DNA of 64,000 nucleotides from Terriglobia bacterium (GTDB lineage Bacteria; Acidobacteriota; Terriglobia; 2-12-FULL-54-10). Positions 31,348-42,039 of the stretch are shown here, one piece after another. How positions within the stretch are numbered: position 1 is the stretch's first letter; every line of letters begins with the position of its first letter. Location of the stretch: positions 1,280,001-1,344,000 of the forward strand of contig CAXVYR010000003.1 of the NCBI GenBank assembly GCA_963666975.2. The letters run 5' to 3'. The notes beneath the pieces were generated by a model. It had not been told where the DNA came from. It did no database searches and worked only from the letters and a program-made list of their open reading frames with translations. Both the position numbers and the translations under genes were made by a program.

Positions 31348-32493
31348 TTATCTTGAAGTCTCCGTCCGCGGGGCCAGTTTCGCAAGGAAGCTTTCCAGGT
31401 CCTGCGGTAACGGCGAGCGGATCTCCAGCGCGTCGCCGGTGCCGGGATGACGGAAGCGAACCACCGCCGCATGTAAAAACGTCCGCTCCAAGGTGAGTAC
31501 CAGCGCCTGAGAACGCTTGCCTTTTTGTTTCCGGCCCGGAGAAAGTTTCCCTTCTGAATCTCCATCCTGAACTCGTCCGTGTGATTCCTGAAACAGCAAT
31601 TGCAATAACTCCTCCGGCAACTGTGCAGGAGCGCCGTAGAGCGTGTCGCCCGCCACGGGATGCCCGATGCTGGCCAGATGCGCGCGGACCTGATGGGTGC
31701 GGCCGGTATATATCCTCACGTCGAGCAGCGTAAAGCCACGGAAGCGTTTGAGGACGCGATACCGGCTCATGGCAGGGCGTCCCTGTGCTCTGCGTGTGGT
31801 CATGCGGACGCGCCGCGCAGGGTCGCGGCTGATGGGAGAGGAGATAACCGCCTCCGTCTTGCGGACCGTGCCATGCACCAAAGCGATATAGTATTTCTCA
31901 ATCGTCCGGCTGGCGAACTGCGCCGCCAGTTGCCGATGGGCAACGTCATTTTTCGCCACCAGCAAGACTCCTGAGGTATTCCGGTCCAAGCGGTGGACAA
32001 TGCCGGGCCGCAACTCCCCGCCGACCTGCGAAAGACTCTGCAAGTGATGGAGCAAAGCATTCACCAGCGTCCCGCTGCGGACACCCGCTCCGGCGTGCAC
32101 GACCATCCCTGCTGGTTTATCCACCGCGACTAGGTCTTCGTCTTCGTAGAGTATCTTCAGGGGAAGCGGTTCCGGGTAAGCACGCAAGGGTGGCGGAGGG
32201 GCCCACTCCACCCACAGGCGCTCCCCACCCCGCAGGCGGTAGCTGGCCTTGAGCGGCGCGGACGGTTTCACATCATTTTCAGCATCAGCTTTAGCTTTAG
32301 CTTTATCATTCGCTTCAGCGGGGGGCGCACTATCCTCCACGCCCACATTGCCGTTGCGAAGAAGTTGCTGGATGCGGGAGCGGCTCAGCGCAGGGAGCCG
32401 CTCGGCGAGAAAGTGGTCCAGTCGCCGGCCTCGGTCCGACTCAGTCGCCGGAAAACTTTGCCGCGCGCCGGGACTGGGAGACAGTGTGTCCAT
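31348..32493 (-). CDS. rluD: RluA/RluD family pseudouridine synthase with S4 domain
   Basis: RLDHFLA..SRSRIQ S4 domain, DKPAGMVVH, GIVHRLDRNTSG, TGRTHQVRAH; start ATG 32493. Confidence 0.9.
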   Translation of the reverse strand: MDTLSPSPGARQSFPATESDRGRRLDHFLAERLPALSRSRIQQLLRNGNVGVEDSAPPAEANDKAKAKADAENDVKPSAPLKASYRLRGGERLWVEWAPPPPLRAYPEPLPLKILYEDEDLVAVDKPAGMVVHAGAGVRSGTLVNALLHHLQSLSQVGGELRPGIVHRLDRNTSGVLLVAKNDVAHRQLAAQFASRTIEKYYIALVHGTVRKTEAVISSPISRDPARRVRMTTRRAQGRPAMSRYRVLKRFRGFTLLDVRIYTGRTHQVRAHLASIGHPVAGDTLYGAPAQLPEELLQLLFQESHGRVQDGDSEGKLSPGRKQKGKRSQALVLTLERTFLHAAVVRFRHPGTGDALEIRSPLPQDLESFLAKLAPRTETSR

Positions 32494-33298
32494 GGGAAGC
32501 GGAAACCGGTTCCAGCCGCTGACGGCTGGAGGAACTGAACCAGAGCAACCAGACCGCGAAGCCAACCAGCAGCAGACCCGCCCACTGTGCGAGTGAAAAC
32601 AACTGCCCTCCGAAATAGGCCGCCTCGGTATGGCTGCGAACAAATTCAATGATAAACCGGGCTGCAGGATAAAGCAGCAGATACCACCCCAGTATCTGCC
32701 CGTGGAAGCGTTTCTGCCGGTACAGGCGATACAATAAAGCAAAGATGGCAAGCTCAGCCGCCGCCTCATAGAGCTGTGTGGGATGCAGAGCGATATCGAG
32801 CGGCACGCCCACCGTCTGGTGGCTATAGGGATTGGAAAAGGTGACGCCCCAGGGCAGCGTGGTCGGCTCTCCCCAGCAGCACCCTGCCGAGAAGCATCCC
32901 AAACGCCCGAAGAAATGTCCCAGCGCAATCCCCGGAGCGAAGGCATCGGCGGTTTTCAGAAAAGGAAGCTGCACCCTGCGGCCGTACCACAAAGCCATTG
33001 CGATGCCGCCGATCAAACCGCCATAGAAGATGCCACCGGACTGAACAGTGGAAAACGAGAAGATTGCGCCGGGATTCTGCCGGTAGTAATCCATGTCCTG
33101 AAAAATCAGGAGCAGCTTGGCTCCCAGCAGAGCCGCAAGCGCCACATAGACGCCCAGATTATAGATCGCCGCTCTGTCCAGGCCCTCCTGCCGCGCCAGA
33201 CGCAACGCCATAGCCAGGCCGATAGCAAAGCCGGACGCAACCAGCAGCCCGTAGGTGGGCAATACAAACGACCCATAGCTGAATAATTGAGGAAACAT
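32441..33298 (-). CDS. lgt: Prolipoprotein diacylglyceryl transferase
   Basis: GGIFYGGLIGG, GRLGCF, HPTQLYE, RFIIEFVR. Confidence 0.95.
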   Translation of the reverse strand: MFPQLFSYGSFVLPTYGLLVASGFAIGLAMALRLARQEGLDRAAIYNLGVYVALAALLGAKLLLIFQDMDYYRQNPGAIFSFSTVQSGGIFYGGLIGGIAMALWYGRRVQLPFLKTADAFAPGIALGHFFGRLGCFSAGCCWGEPTTLPWGVTFSNPYSHQTVGVPLDIALHPTQLYEAAAELAIFALLYRLYRQKRFHGQILGWYLLLYPAARFIIEFVRSHTEAAYFGGQLFSLAQWAGLLLVGFAVWLLWFSSSSRQRLEPVSASHGHTVSQSRRAAKFSGD

Positions 33299-33368
33299 CT
33301 TATGTCTTAGGTGATTCGATGCACCGGCAGCAAATTCGGCGCCAGAAAGTTTCTATGCATCCTGCTTT

Positions 33369-33905
33369 TTACCGTGTCTCCGTAGAAGCAGAAGAGGTGG
33401 CAGAAGAGGCCGTGGAGGAACCGCCGAGGTCCCAGTTTGGCAGCCGTCCCGCGAACAGCTCCAGCAAAAGCAATCCGCTGCCGGCAACGATGGCGCTGTC
33501 GGCGGCGTTGAAAGCAGGCCAATGGTAGCTCCCGATATAAAAATCCAGGAAGTCGATGACGCTGCCGCGAACCACGCGGTCCACCAGGTTGCTTGCCGCT
33601 CCTCCCAGAATGCACGACAAGCCGATTCCGGCGCGGACGGCAGAGCGGGGATTCTTCCATAACAGGACGCCCACAATCGCCAGCGCTGCCAGAGAGAAAA
33701 AGATCAGCAGGCCGAAGCTCAGGGCCGAGGAAGAATCGGAAAACAGGCCGAAGGCGATGCCCCGGTTCTCTACGCGAACCAGACGAAACAGGCCGGGGAT
33801 AACCGGCGCCACGCTGTAGGCGGAAAGGTTCGATACAACCGCAAATTTGGTGATTTGGTCGAGCCCCACCACGCAGGCTGCAATGAGGAGATAAACAGAA
33901 CGCAT
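33369..33905 (-). CDS. lspA: Signal peptidase II
   Basis: DQITK, NRGIAFG, GGAASNLVDR, VIDF, FNAADS. Confidence 0.95.
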   Translation of the reverse strand: MRSVYLLIAACVVGLDQITKFAVVSNLSAYSVAPVIPGLFRLVRVENRGIAFGLFSDSSSALSFGLLIFFSLAALAIVGVLLWKNPRSAVRAGIGLSCILGGAASNLVDRVVRGSVIDFLDFYIGSYHWPAFNAADSAIVAGSGLLLLELFAGRLPNWDLGGSSTASSATSSASTETR

Positions 33906-33968
33906 CAGTTACCCCCGGGAGGCATCTTCACGCCAGCCGGCCTGTTTCCATTCCCTGTAGCGGCGGCG

Positions 33969-36812
33969 CTACGACTGCTTCAACACACCCACGCAGCGGT
34001 CGCAGAGGTTGGGGAACTCCGGGTCTTGGCCCACCTTTACGGAATAGTTCCAACAACGCTCGCATTTCTCCCCGTCGGCGCGGCGGACCGCGACGCGAAG
34101 GCCGCGAATCAGGCCTTCTTCGGCGCCGGGCAAACCGTCTATCGAAAGATGCACCTGGGAGACGATAAACAGCATGGGCAGCAGTCCCTGATACTGCTCC
34201 AGCAGCCGCACCCATTCGCCCTCCGCCGAAAGCTCCACCTTTGCCTGGAGCGAGTTGCCGATGAATTTTTCCTTCCGCGCGGCCTCCAGGGCCTTCAGCA
34301 CTTCATTCCGCACGGTGATCAGCCGGTCCCAATTGCTCAAGCGCTCGACCTGCGCGACACTCAGATCACCCGAGAGGCTCGCCGCATCCGGGAACCGCGC
34401 CAAGTGGACGCTCGGAATCTCGGCAGGCCTGCCGGGCAGATGGCTCCAGATTTCCTCCGAGGTAAACGACAGCATCGGCGCCACCAGCCGCACCAAAGCG
34501 TCGGAGATGCGGAACAAAGCGGTCTGAGCGCTGCGGCGGGCCAAGCCCTGGGGCGCTGCCGTATAGAGCCGGTCCTTGGCGATATCCAGATAGAAGGCGC
34601 TCAACTCGACCGTGCAGAAGTTGTAGACGGCGTGGTAAACCTTGTGAAAGGCGAACTCTTCATACCAGCTCCGGCACATCTCCACCAGGCGGGACGTGCG
34701 GTACAGAGCCCACTGGTCCACTTCCATCATTTGTCCCACGGGCACTTGATCCTGGGCGGGGTCAAAGTCAAACAGGTTGGCCAGGCAGTACCGGAAGGTG
34801 TTGCGAATTTTGCGGTACGAATCCGTCAGCCGGGAGAGCATCTCGCGGGAAATACGCACGTCGTCCCGGAAATCCATGGACGCCACCCACAACCGCAGAA
34901 TCTCAGCGCCCTGCGAATTGATGATCGTTTGCGGCTCAATGATATTGCCGAGCGACTTGGACATGGCTCTTCCCTGCTCGTCCAGAACCCACCCATGGCT
35001 CGCCACCTGCCGGTAGGGAGATGCGTTGCGCAACCCAACACCCACCAACAGCGAGCTCTGGAACCATCCACGGAATTGGTCGCCTCCCTCGATGTAGAGA
35101 TCGGCAGGCCAGGACAAGCCTGATTGCTTTCCCAGAACCGCCAGGTGGCTGGAGCCGGAATCAAACCACACATCCAGGATGTCCCGCTCCGGGCGGAACT
35201 GCGTCCCCCCACACTTGCGGCATGTGGTTCCCGCAGGCAGCAATTCACCGGGCTTTTTCGTATACCATGCGTCGGAGGTCTCTTTGCTGAAGATCTCCAC
35301 GACACGGGAAAGCGCCGTGCGTTCGGCCAGTAATTCATTGCAGGATTCGCAATAGAAAACAATAATCGGCACTCCCCAGATTCGCTGGCGCGAGATGCAC
35401 CAATCCGGCCGGGTGGCGATCATATTGGAAATCCGCTCCATGCCCCATTCCGGAAGCCAGCGCACCTTGCGCACCTCCGACAGAGCGTGCTTCCGCAGAT
35501 CCCGGTGGTCCAGATTGATGAACCACTGCTCGGTGGCCCGGAAGATCACCGGACGATGGCACCGCCAGCAGTGCGGGTAGGAATGCTCCAGCGTCTCGGA
35601 ATGGAGCAGTTGCCCGCGACTGCGCAGGATTTCGACGACTGCGGGATTGGCCTCAAACACCGTCTTGCCGGAGATATCCGGGTATGCGGCGCTGAAGCGG
35701 CCTTTGTCGTCCACCGGGCAAAGGGTTTCCAGGCCGTATTTCTCCCCCATGGCGAAGTCTTCCTGGCCGTGGCCGGGAGCGGTGTGAACGACGCCGCTGC
35801 CCTGCTCCACCGTTACGTGGTTGCCCAGAACCCCCACCGACTCCCTCTCCAAAAACGGATGCTGAAACCGCACCCCTTCAAACTGGCTGCCCGGCAGGGT
35901 CGCCAGCATTTTCCCTGGCTGAAAACCGCATTTCTCGGCCACCGTCTGCAATAGCGGACGGGCCACCAGGAAAACTTCTGAATCCGAAGATGAGCCGCTC
36001 TCAACGGCCACGTATTCCATCGAAGGATGGAAGGCTAGCGCCATGTTGGCGGGCAATGTCCAGGGAGTGGTGGTCCATATGATGGCGCTGAGGCGGCGTC
36101 CTGCCAGGGCCGGGGAAATCTGCCCGGGGTCGGAGAGCATGGAAAACTTCACCCAGATCGACGGGCTCGTGTGATTCTGGTACTCCACCTCCGCTTCGGC
36201 CAGGGCTGTGCGGCAATGGATACACCAGTAAACGGGTTTCAACCCTTTGTACACATACCCTTTGTCCAGGAACTCCAGGAAGGCCCCGGCAATCACAGCT
36301 TCGTAGGAAGCCGCCATGGTCAGATAAGGCTCTTCCCAGCGGCCAAAGATGCCCAGCCGCTTGAAGTCGCGGCGATGCAGGTCAACGTATTTCTTGGCGT
36401 ACTTGCGGCACTCGCGGCGAATCTCCACAGGATGCATCTTGGCTTTTTTCGCGCCCAGTTCCTGGTCCACTTTGATTTCAATGGGCAAACCGTGGCAATC
36501 CCAGCCTGGAGTGAAAGATGCATTGAACCCCGCCATGCTCTTGGACTTGACAATAAAGTCTTTTAGAATCTTATTGAGGGCCGTTCCCAGATGAATTTTT
36601 CCGTTGGCATAGGGAGGGCCATCGTGAAGTGTATAAACCGGGGCGTCCCCTCGCATTTCCCGAAGCCGGTCATAAATTTTATCCTTTTCCCAGCGCTCCA
36701 GCATTTTCGGCTCGCTCTGGCTGAGGTTGGCCTTCATGGGAAAGGCGGTCTTAGGTAAGTTGACCGTACTTTTCACGTCCACAGGAGCGCGCATTTTGTC
36801 TCCGCTTTTCAT
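33969..36812 (-). CDS. ileS: Isoleucine--tRNA ligase
   Basis: LHDGPPYANG.IHLG, GWDCHGLP, DWCISRQR, AMSKSLGN, C-terminal CERCW zinc finger; start may be a few codons downstream. Confidence 0.97.
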   Translation of the reverse strand: MKSGDKMRAPVDVKSTVNLPKTAFPMKANLSQSEPKMLERWEKDKIYDRLREMRGDAPVYTLHDGPPYANGKIHLGTALNKILKDFIVKSKSMAGFNASFTPGWDCHGLPIEIKVDQELGAKKAKMHPVEIRRECRKYAKKYVDLHRRDFKRLGIFGRWEEPYLTMAASYEAVIAGAFLEFLDKGYVYKGLKPVYWCIHCRTALAEAEVEYQNHTSPSIWVKFSMLSDPGQISPALAGRRLSAIIWTTTPWTLPANMALAFHPSMEYVAVESGSSSDSEVFLVARPLLQTVAEKCGFQPGKMLATLPGSQFEGVRFQHPFLERESVGVLGNHVTVEQGSGVVHTAPGHGQEDFAMGEKYGLETLCPVDDKGRFSAAYPDISGKTVFEANPAVVEILRSRGQLLHSETLEHSYPHCWRCHRPVIFRATEQWFINLDHRDLRKHALSEVRKVRWLPEWGMERISNMIATRPDWCISRQRIWGVPIIVFYCESCNELLAERTALSRVVEIFSKETSDAWYTKKPGELLPAGTTCRKCGGTQFRPERDILDVWFDSGSSHLAVLGKQSGLSWPADLYIEGGDQFRGWFQSSLLVGVGLRNASPYRQVASHGWVLDEQGRAMSKSLGNIIEPQTIINSQGAEILRLWVASMDFRDDVRISREMLSRLTDSYRKIRNTFRYCLANLFDFDPAQDQVPVGQMMEVDQWALYRTSRLVEMCRSWYEEFAFHKVYHAVYNFCTVELSAFYLDIAKDRLYTAAPQGLARRSAQTALFRISDALVRLVAPMLSFTSEEIWSHLPGRPAEIPSVHLARFPDAASLSGDLSVAQVERLSNWDRLITVRNEVLKALEAARKEKFIGNSLQAKVELSAEGEWVRLLEQYQGLLPMLFIVSQVHLSIDGLPGAEEGLIRGLRVAVRRADGEKCERCWNYSVKVGQDPEFPNLCDRCVGVLKQS

Positions 36813-37063
36813 TGTCGATTGATTATAATCGTCCTCGCTGAATACTGTCCAGGTTATAAAGGGGCAGCAATTCGCAGCCTGCTATAGTAATATAAAATAA
36901 TTGGGAACGGCAGAAGATGAAAAAAATGGGATGCAACTTTTAGCATTCGATGATCATCTTTACTCATTAGGTGCATAGAAGCAAAGCGGCACCTGTGGCA
37001 GTTTTGTTAAGTTTACGGGCTTATTGAGATGCAGGAGTAGAACTTAGCCTTTCTCGCGGAAAA

Positions 37064-38065
37064 ATGCCAACCGACCTTCGTGTAAAGCAATCCGAGAAGC
37101 ATTCAACGGCTCCAGGACATTCGCCCGTCCAGGACCCGCTCGGTCACCTGTTGATCGTGCCTGAGCCGTTGTTCGCATCGCTCGTTCGGCAGATAAAGGA
37201 AACCTTCCGTCCGCCTAAGCTTCCTCCATTGCAAGTCACCTCCAAGCCGGCAGAGGTTCAGGACATCTGGGGCAAACGCGAATATAGCCGGGTCTCCGGG
37301 CGTATCTCGCTATACACGCACCTTGCGGTTCTGGCGTTGCTCATGATCCCCTTCGGCCGCGAGGTGGTGGAGGTGGTGAGAGAAGAGGTTGTCCCGCTGT
37401 TCCTCTCCCCTTATGAGGTAGACCTGCCGCCTGCGCCCGACGAGGCTGGCGGCGGCGGGGGCGGCGGCGATCGTTCTCCGGAACCGGCTTCTGCGGGCGA
37501 CTTGCCGGAGCCTGCCTTGATACAGTTGACTCCTCCTGCTGTGGTCCTCCGGAATCCCGAACCGGAACTGCCCGTGAAACCAACGGTCGTCGTGCCTCCA
37601 CAGATTACGCTTCCGTCGGTGAACCTGGCACAGTTGGGAGACCCGTTAAGTTATATCCCCGTTCCTTCCAGCGGCCCTGGCGGAGGCGGCGGCATTGGGA
37701 CGGGTTCCGGCGGCGGAGTGGGCTCAGGCTCCGGACCGGGCGTCGGCCCTGGCGAGGGCGGAGGAATCGGCGGAGGAGTGTTCCGGGTGGGCGGAGGCGT
37801 TACAGCCCCGCAGGTGCTTTATCAGGAGGACCCGGAATATTCCGAGCAAGCCCGCAAAGCAAAATTCCAGGGCACGGTGGTCTTAACCCTGGTGGTGCAA
37901 AGCGACGGATCAGTGCGCGACATACGCGTGGCGCAATCCTTGGGCCTCGGACTGGACGAAAAGGCCGTTGAGGCCGTGGAAAAGTGGCGTTTCCGTCCCG
38001 GCATGAAGAGCGGCAAGCCTGTGGACGTCGCCGCCACCATTGAAGTGACCTTCCGGCTGCTGTAA
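37064..38065 (+). CDS. Energy transducer TonB family protein
   Basis: TM helix, Pro/Gly-rich linker, PEYSEQARKAKFQGTV, GLDEKAVEAVEKWRFRPG. Confidence 0.9.
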   Translation: MPTDLRVKQSEKHSTAPGHSPVQDPLGHLLIVPEPLFASLVRQIKETFRPPKLPPLQVTSKPAEVQDIWGKREYSRVSGRISLYTHLAVLALLMIPFGREVVEVVREEVVPLFLSPYEVDLPPAPDEAGGGGGGGDRSPEPASAGDLPEPALIQLTPPAVVLRNPEPELPVKPTVVVPPQITLPSVNLAQLGDPLSYIPVPSSGPGGGGGIGTGSGGGVGSGSGPGVGPGEGGGIGGGVFRVGGGVTAPQVLYQEDPEYSEQARKAKFQGTVVLTLVVQSDGSVRDIRVAQSLGLGLDEKAVEAVEKWRFRPGMKSGKPVDVAATIEVTFRLL

Positions 38066-38146
38066 GCCCTTCTTTCCTTCCTCCACACCTATGGGAAGCA
38101 CGCGGAACGGTTTTTTCGGGATTATCCTTTTGGCAAGTCCAAGCGT

Positions 38147-38677
38147 TTAGTCTTCCGAGCATCCTGATCGCTGGTGTTGCTTTGAATATTCCCACAGAGC
38201 GCGATCAAGATCGCGCAGTGAGACGTTGGAATTGTGTGCAAGCTGACGGCAGCAGGAGAGGTATTCCAACCAAAGCGCGATTGAATAGTATTTCTTCTCG
38301 CAGTTCAAAGACCATAATGTTCTAAAGTCGAGGATTGGATACAACTCTGGTGCGGCGAGATGTAAAAGGGCTGAAGCGGTCCGCACTCTCACACCATGCA
38401 GTACGGTTAGTGCGACAATCCGAACCTGTTCATCAGGGGTTGCTAGGGCGATCTGTGTGAATTTGCGGACATCTTCCTCGGTGTTCTTTTCGTAATGACG
38501 CCGAACTCTACCCCGCGTCTTCCAGTCGCAGACAGCGATGAAGTCCTTTTTAGTATAGTAACCAACCTTCCCGCTGCGTGCGCCGATCTCAAGAACCTCA
38601 ACGTCTCCGTAAACATAAGAATACCGAGCAGCCCAAGGCAGGATTTCGTTTGCTGGGAATCTCAGCGAAAAATTCAT
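38147..38677 (-). CDS. Hypothetical protein with helix-hairpin-helix-like motif (DNA glycosylase-like fold), lower GC
   Basis: DWKT, LHGVRVRTASALL, PILDFR, LDRALW; ATG 38677. Confidence 0.7.
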   Translation of the reverse strand: MNFSLRFPANEILPWAARYSYVYGDVEVLEIGARSGKVGYYTKKDFIAVCDWKTRGRVRRHYEKNTEEDVRKFTQIALATPDEQVRIVALTVLHGVRVRTASALLHLAAPELYPILDFRTLWSLNCEKKYYSIALWLEYLSCCRQLAHNSNVSLRDLDRALWEYSKQHQRSGCSED

Positions 38678-38690
38678 TCCGTCTAGGCGG

Positions 38691-38778
38691 GTAGCCACGG
38701 CGAATGCTGTTGTCGCCGTGGGCTTTTCCCGAATTTACAAACCCACGGCAAATTTGAACTGCAATTTGCCGTGGCTAC
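38691..38778. repeat. Complete GTAG-type REP doublet (REPIN, family A), 88 bp
   Basis: Terminal inverted GTAGCCACGGC...GCCGTGGCTAC, each half forming its own hairpin. Confidence 0.88.
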
Positions 38779-38822
38779 CACTGTTTGCTCATACGTTTTC
38801 GATCACGTTGTCGTGATCTTGT

Positions 38823-40265
38823 TCACCTCTGTGTCTCCGTGCCTCCGTGGCGATCCGCAGTCCGCCGCTTTCGCTCCCAAATCTCTTCGAGCCGTTTCCG
38901 AAACTCTTTCTCCAATCCTTGCTGCGACGGCTGGTAGTACTGCCTCCCCTCCAAGCCGGGAGGAAGGCAAGGCATGGCCGAAATCTTCTCTTCGAGATTG
39001 TGGGCGTACTCGTAGCCCTCTCCATAACCTTCCTCTTTCATCAAGCGAGTGGGCGCGTTGCGCAGATGCAATGGCACCGGCTGGGCTGCGGTCGTCTCCA
39101 GGTCTTGCTGGGCGGCCCCATAGGCCGCATAGAGACTGTTTGATTTGGGCGCCAGCGCCAAATAGATGGCCGCCTCGGCCAGAGCCAGCGCGCCTTCCGG
39201 CATCCCCACAAAATGGACCGCCTGCATGGCGGCAATCGCCAGAGGCAGGGCCTGGGGGTCGGCCAGCCCCACGTCTTCGCTGGCAAACCGCACGATGCGC
39301 CGCGCGACGTAGAGAGGGTCCTCCCCGGCCTCCAGCATTCGCGCCAGCCAGTGCAACGCAGCGTCGGGATCGCTGTTCCGCAGGGACTTGTGCAGAGCGG
39401 AGATCAGATTGAAATGCTCCTCGCCGGCCTTGTCGTAGAGAAGGGTCTTGCGCTCCAGGGCAGCCTCCAAAACAGCGGGCGTGATCCGAATCTTTTTCCC
39501 TTCCGAGCCTTCCTCCGGCTCCGTGCCCCGGACCACTGCTTCCAGGACGTTGAAGGCGACGCGGGCGTCCCCACCGGCGAACACGGCCATTTGGCGCAAC
39601 AGCGATTCCGTCACTTCAATATTTTGCTCGCCCAGCCCATGCTCCCGGTCCTTTAGGGCGCGATGCAGCAATACCATGATCTGATCTTCATCGAGCGGGT
39701 GGAGCCGGTAGACCCGCGAACGCGACAGCAGCGCGGCGATCACCTCGAAAGAAGGGTTTTCCGTTGTCGCCCCGATCAAAACGACATCGCCCTTCTCCAC
39801 GTAAGGGAGAAAAGCGTCCTGCTGCGCCTTGTTGAAGCGGTGAATTTCGTCGATAAAAAGAATCGTGCTCCGGCCCAGGCGGCGCGCCCGTGCAGCGTCC
39901 GCCATCACGGCCTTGATCTCCTTCATGCCGCTTAAGACGGCGCTAAAGGTGACGAAGGTGCTCTTGGTTCTTTGCGCAATCACGCGCGCCAGAGTCGTCT
40001 TGCCGACTCCGGGGGGACCCCAGAAGATGAGCGAGGAAATTTCGTCCCGCTCCAGCTGCGTGCGAAGAGGCTTACCCGGCGCGAGCAGATGCTGCTGACC
40101 GACCACTTCCTCGATCCCTTGCGGCCTCATGCGGTCCGCGAGCGGGCGCGGGAGTTTTGCTTTCTCTCTTTGTTCCAGCTCTTCCGGTTCCAGGCTGGGG
40201 AATAATCCCATAATGTTTTTCCCTGGTTGCGTTTTTACTGGTTGTAATTCATCGTTGTGATTCAT
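38823..40265 (-). CDS. rarA: Replication-associated recombination protein A (MgsA/RarA)
   Basis: PLADRMRP, WGPPGVGKTT, DEIHRFNKAQQD, SALHKSLRNSD, ASEDVGLAD; start uncertain. Confidence 0.95.
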   Translation of the reverse strand: MNHNDELQPVKTQPGKNIMGLFPSLEPEELEQREKAKLPRPLADRMRPQGIEEVVGQQHLLAPGKPLRTQLERDEISSLIFWGPPGVGKTTLARVIAQRTKSTFVTFSAVLSGMKEIKAVMADAARARRLGRSTILFIDEIHRFNKAQQDAFLPYVEKGDVVLIGATTENPSFEVIAALLSRSRVYRLHPLDEDQIMVLLHRALKDREHGLGEQNIEVTESLLRQMAVFAGGDARVAFNVLEAVVRGTEPEEGSEGKKIRITPAVLEAALERKTLLYDKAGEEHFNLISALHKSLRNSDPDAALHWLARMLEAGEDPLYVARRIVRFASEDVGLADPQALPLAIAAMQAVHFVGMPEGALALAEAAIYLALAPKSNSLYAAYGAAQQDLETTAAQPVPLHLRNAPTRLMKEEGYGEGYEYAHNLEEKISAMPCLPPGLEGRQYYQPSQQGLEKEFRKRLEEIWERKRRTADRHGGTETQR

Positions 40266-40333
40266 GGTTGTAACTCATGGTCACAGCGCGGGCACGCTTA
40301 ATCCGGCACGTTCAATCAACACCCTCTCCGGCC

Positions 40334-41170
40334 TCAGTCGGAGTTTCTTTGGCGGGCGATTTCGTAAAGGATCACGGCGGCGGCAGTCGCGGCATTGAGC
40401 GATTCCACGGCTGCGGCCATCGGAATGGTCAATCGCCGGCCGGCTGCCGAGATTTCCTGCGGCAGTCCCGCCCCTTCCGCTCCGATTGCCACCGCCATCG
40501 GGCCGTCGCAATCTATTTCCGGAAGGCGTCTGCCTCCGCGTACGACACTCGAAAAAAGCCGCACACGGTGGCGGCGCAGCAGAGCCACAGCCTCCGCCGC
40601 AGTCAGGCCCCGAAGCATCGGCAACCGGAAAACAGCGCCCGCAGTGGCACGGACGACCTTCGCGTTGTAGGGACTCACTGTGCTCCCGGTCAAAATAACT
40701 CCCGTGACGCCGAATGCCTCCGCGCTGCGCAGGACTGCGCCCAGATTCCCGGGGTCTTGCAGCCCCGCCACAACCAACACCAGGGGAGACACCCGTGGGG
40801 ACCCGCTGGGGAATAAATCCTGTTCACGCCATACGGGCACGCGCGCCAGCGCTAGTATTCCCTGCGGTGTTTCCGTGCTCGCGAGCCCCTGAAAAACCTC
40901 CGGCGACACCTCGCAGACCACCGTTTCGGAAGGCAGCTTTCGCAGCAGACTGCGGACACGCGGACTGCCCTTCTCATCCACTAGAAGCTTGGGCACTAGA
41001 AGCTTGGGAATCGCTGCACCGCTGCCGAGCGCCTCCTCCACCAGCCGCACAGTCTCCAGCAGCACCAGACCGTCCGGAGATAGATCACCGGCGCGCGCCA
41101 TTCCCCGCACCTGCTTGACGAGCGGATGATGGCGGCCTTCAATCTTCCGATGCGAAAAATGAGCGCCCAT
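40334..41170 (-). CDS. TrmH/SpoU family RNA methyltransferase
   Basis: TETPQG, QDPGNLGAVLRSA, GAEGAGL, IPM...ESLN. Confidence 0.92.
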   Translation of the reverse strand: MGAHFSHRKIEGRHHPLVKQVRGMARAGDLSPDGLVLLETVRLVEEALGSGAAIPKLLVPKLLVDEKGSPRVRSLLRKLPSETVVCEVSPEVFQGLASTETPQGILALARVPVWREQDLFPSGSPRVSPLVLVVAGLQDPGNLGAVLRSAEAFGVTGVILTGSTVSPYNAKVVRATAGAVFRLPMLRGLTAAEAVALLRRHRVRLFSSVVRGGRRLPEIDCDGPMAVAIGAEGAGLPQEISAAGRRLTIPMAAAVESLNAATAAAVILYEIARQRNSD

Positions 41171-41256
41171 GTTCGATTCCCGAGCCAAAGGGAAATGTCA
41201 CCCCGGCCAATCTGATCTTAAAACAAAAGCGCGGCTCGTGTATCATATTTGGGCGA

Positions 41257-41997
41257 ATGAAACGGCGGCATGGAGCGCATGGCGCCGCTGGCTGTGAAGA
41301 CCCGGAGCATAGAGACCACTTGCCCACTGACAAACCATACAAGGCGGCATTCTACGACCTGGACGGGACTTTGTTGTCATGCAATCTGGTCACCACCTAC
41401 GCATATTACGCCCGCAATGACCGCTCGATTTTTAAGTCGGCCTATCTGCTGACCAAGGTGATACTCAGCGCTCCCTTGCTGCTGGGCCTGGACCTGTACT
41501 CCCGAACGCTGTTTAACGTATATTTTTTCAGAGCCTACCGGAACATGCACCGGGACCGTTTGATCGGCTTGGCGGACGACCTGTTTGAGGAAACGCTCAA
41601 ACCCTCCATCTATCCGAAGGCCGAGGGGCTGGTTCAGCAAACTCGCAAGGATGGGTATCGCAATATTCTGGTCACGGGGGCTCTCGATTTTACGGTCAGG
41701 CCGATTGCGCTCCATTTCGGAATTGAAGAGGTGATCTGCAACCGTCTGGAGTTCAAAAAACATATCGCAACGGGACGGGTCCTGGATCCGCTGGTCGCAG
41801 AGATGGAAAAAGCCCGGATCATCCGCGATTACGCGGCCAAGGAAGGAATCGATCTGGCACAGTCGTGCACCTTTTCCGACAGCACTTCAGACATTCCCAT
41901 GCTGACCGTCTCCGGCCACCCGGTGGCAACCAACCCCTCCCGCAGGCTGCGAAGCGTGGCGTTGCGGAATGAGTGGCCTATACTCGAATTGAGTTGA
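41257..41997 (+). CDS. HAD-IB family phosphatase (ElbB-like)
   Basis: AAFYDLDGTL, VTGA, FSDSTSDIPML, NPS. Confidence 0.9.
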   Translation: MKRRHGAHGAAGCEDPEHRDHLPTDKPYKAAFYDLDGTLLSCNLVTTYAYYARNDRSIFKSAYLLTKVILSAPLLLGLDLYSRTLFNVYFFRAYRNMHRDRLIGLADDLFEETLKPSIYPKAEGLVQQTRKDGYRNILVTGALDFTVRPIALHFGIEEVICNRLEFKKHIATGRVLDPLVAEMEKARIIRDYAAKEGIDLAQSCTFSDSTSDIPMLTVSGHPVATNPSRRLRSVALRNEWPILELS

Positions 41998-42039
41998 GAC
42001 GGATCAGGACACTGACTTTCAGAATACGGATGATTCGGA

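Noticed and set aside
32494-32946. N-terminal extension of the 532-aa rluD ORF
   Set aside because: Overlaps lgt in another frame; RluD homology begins near ATG 32493
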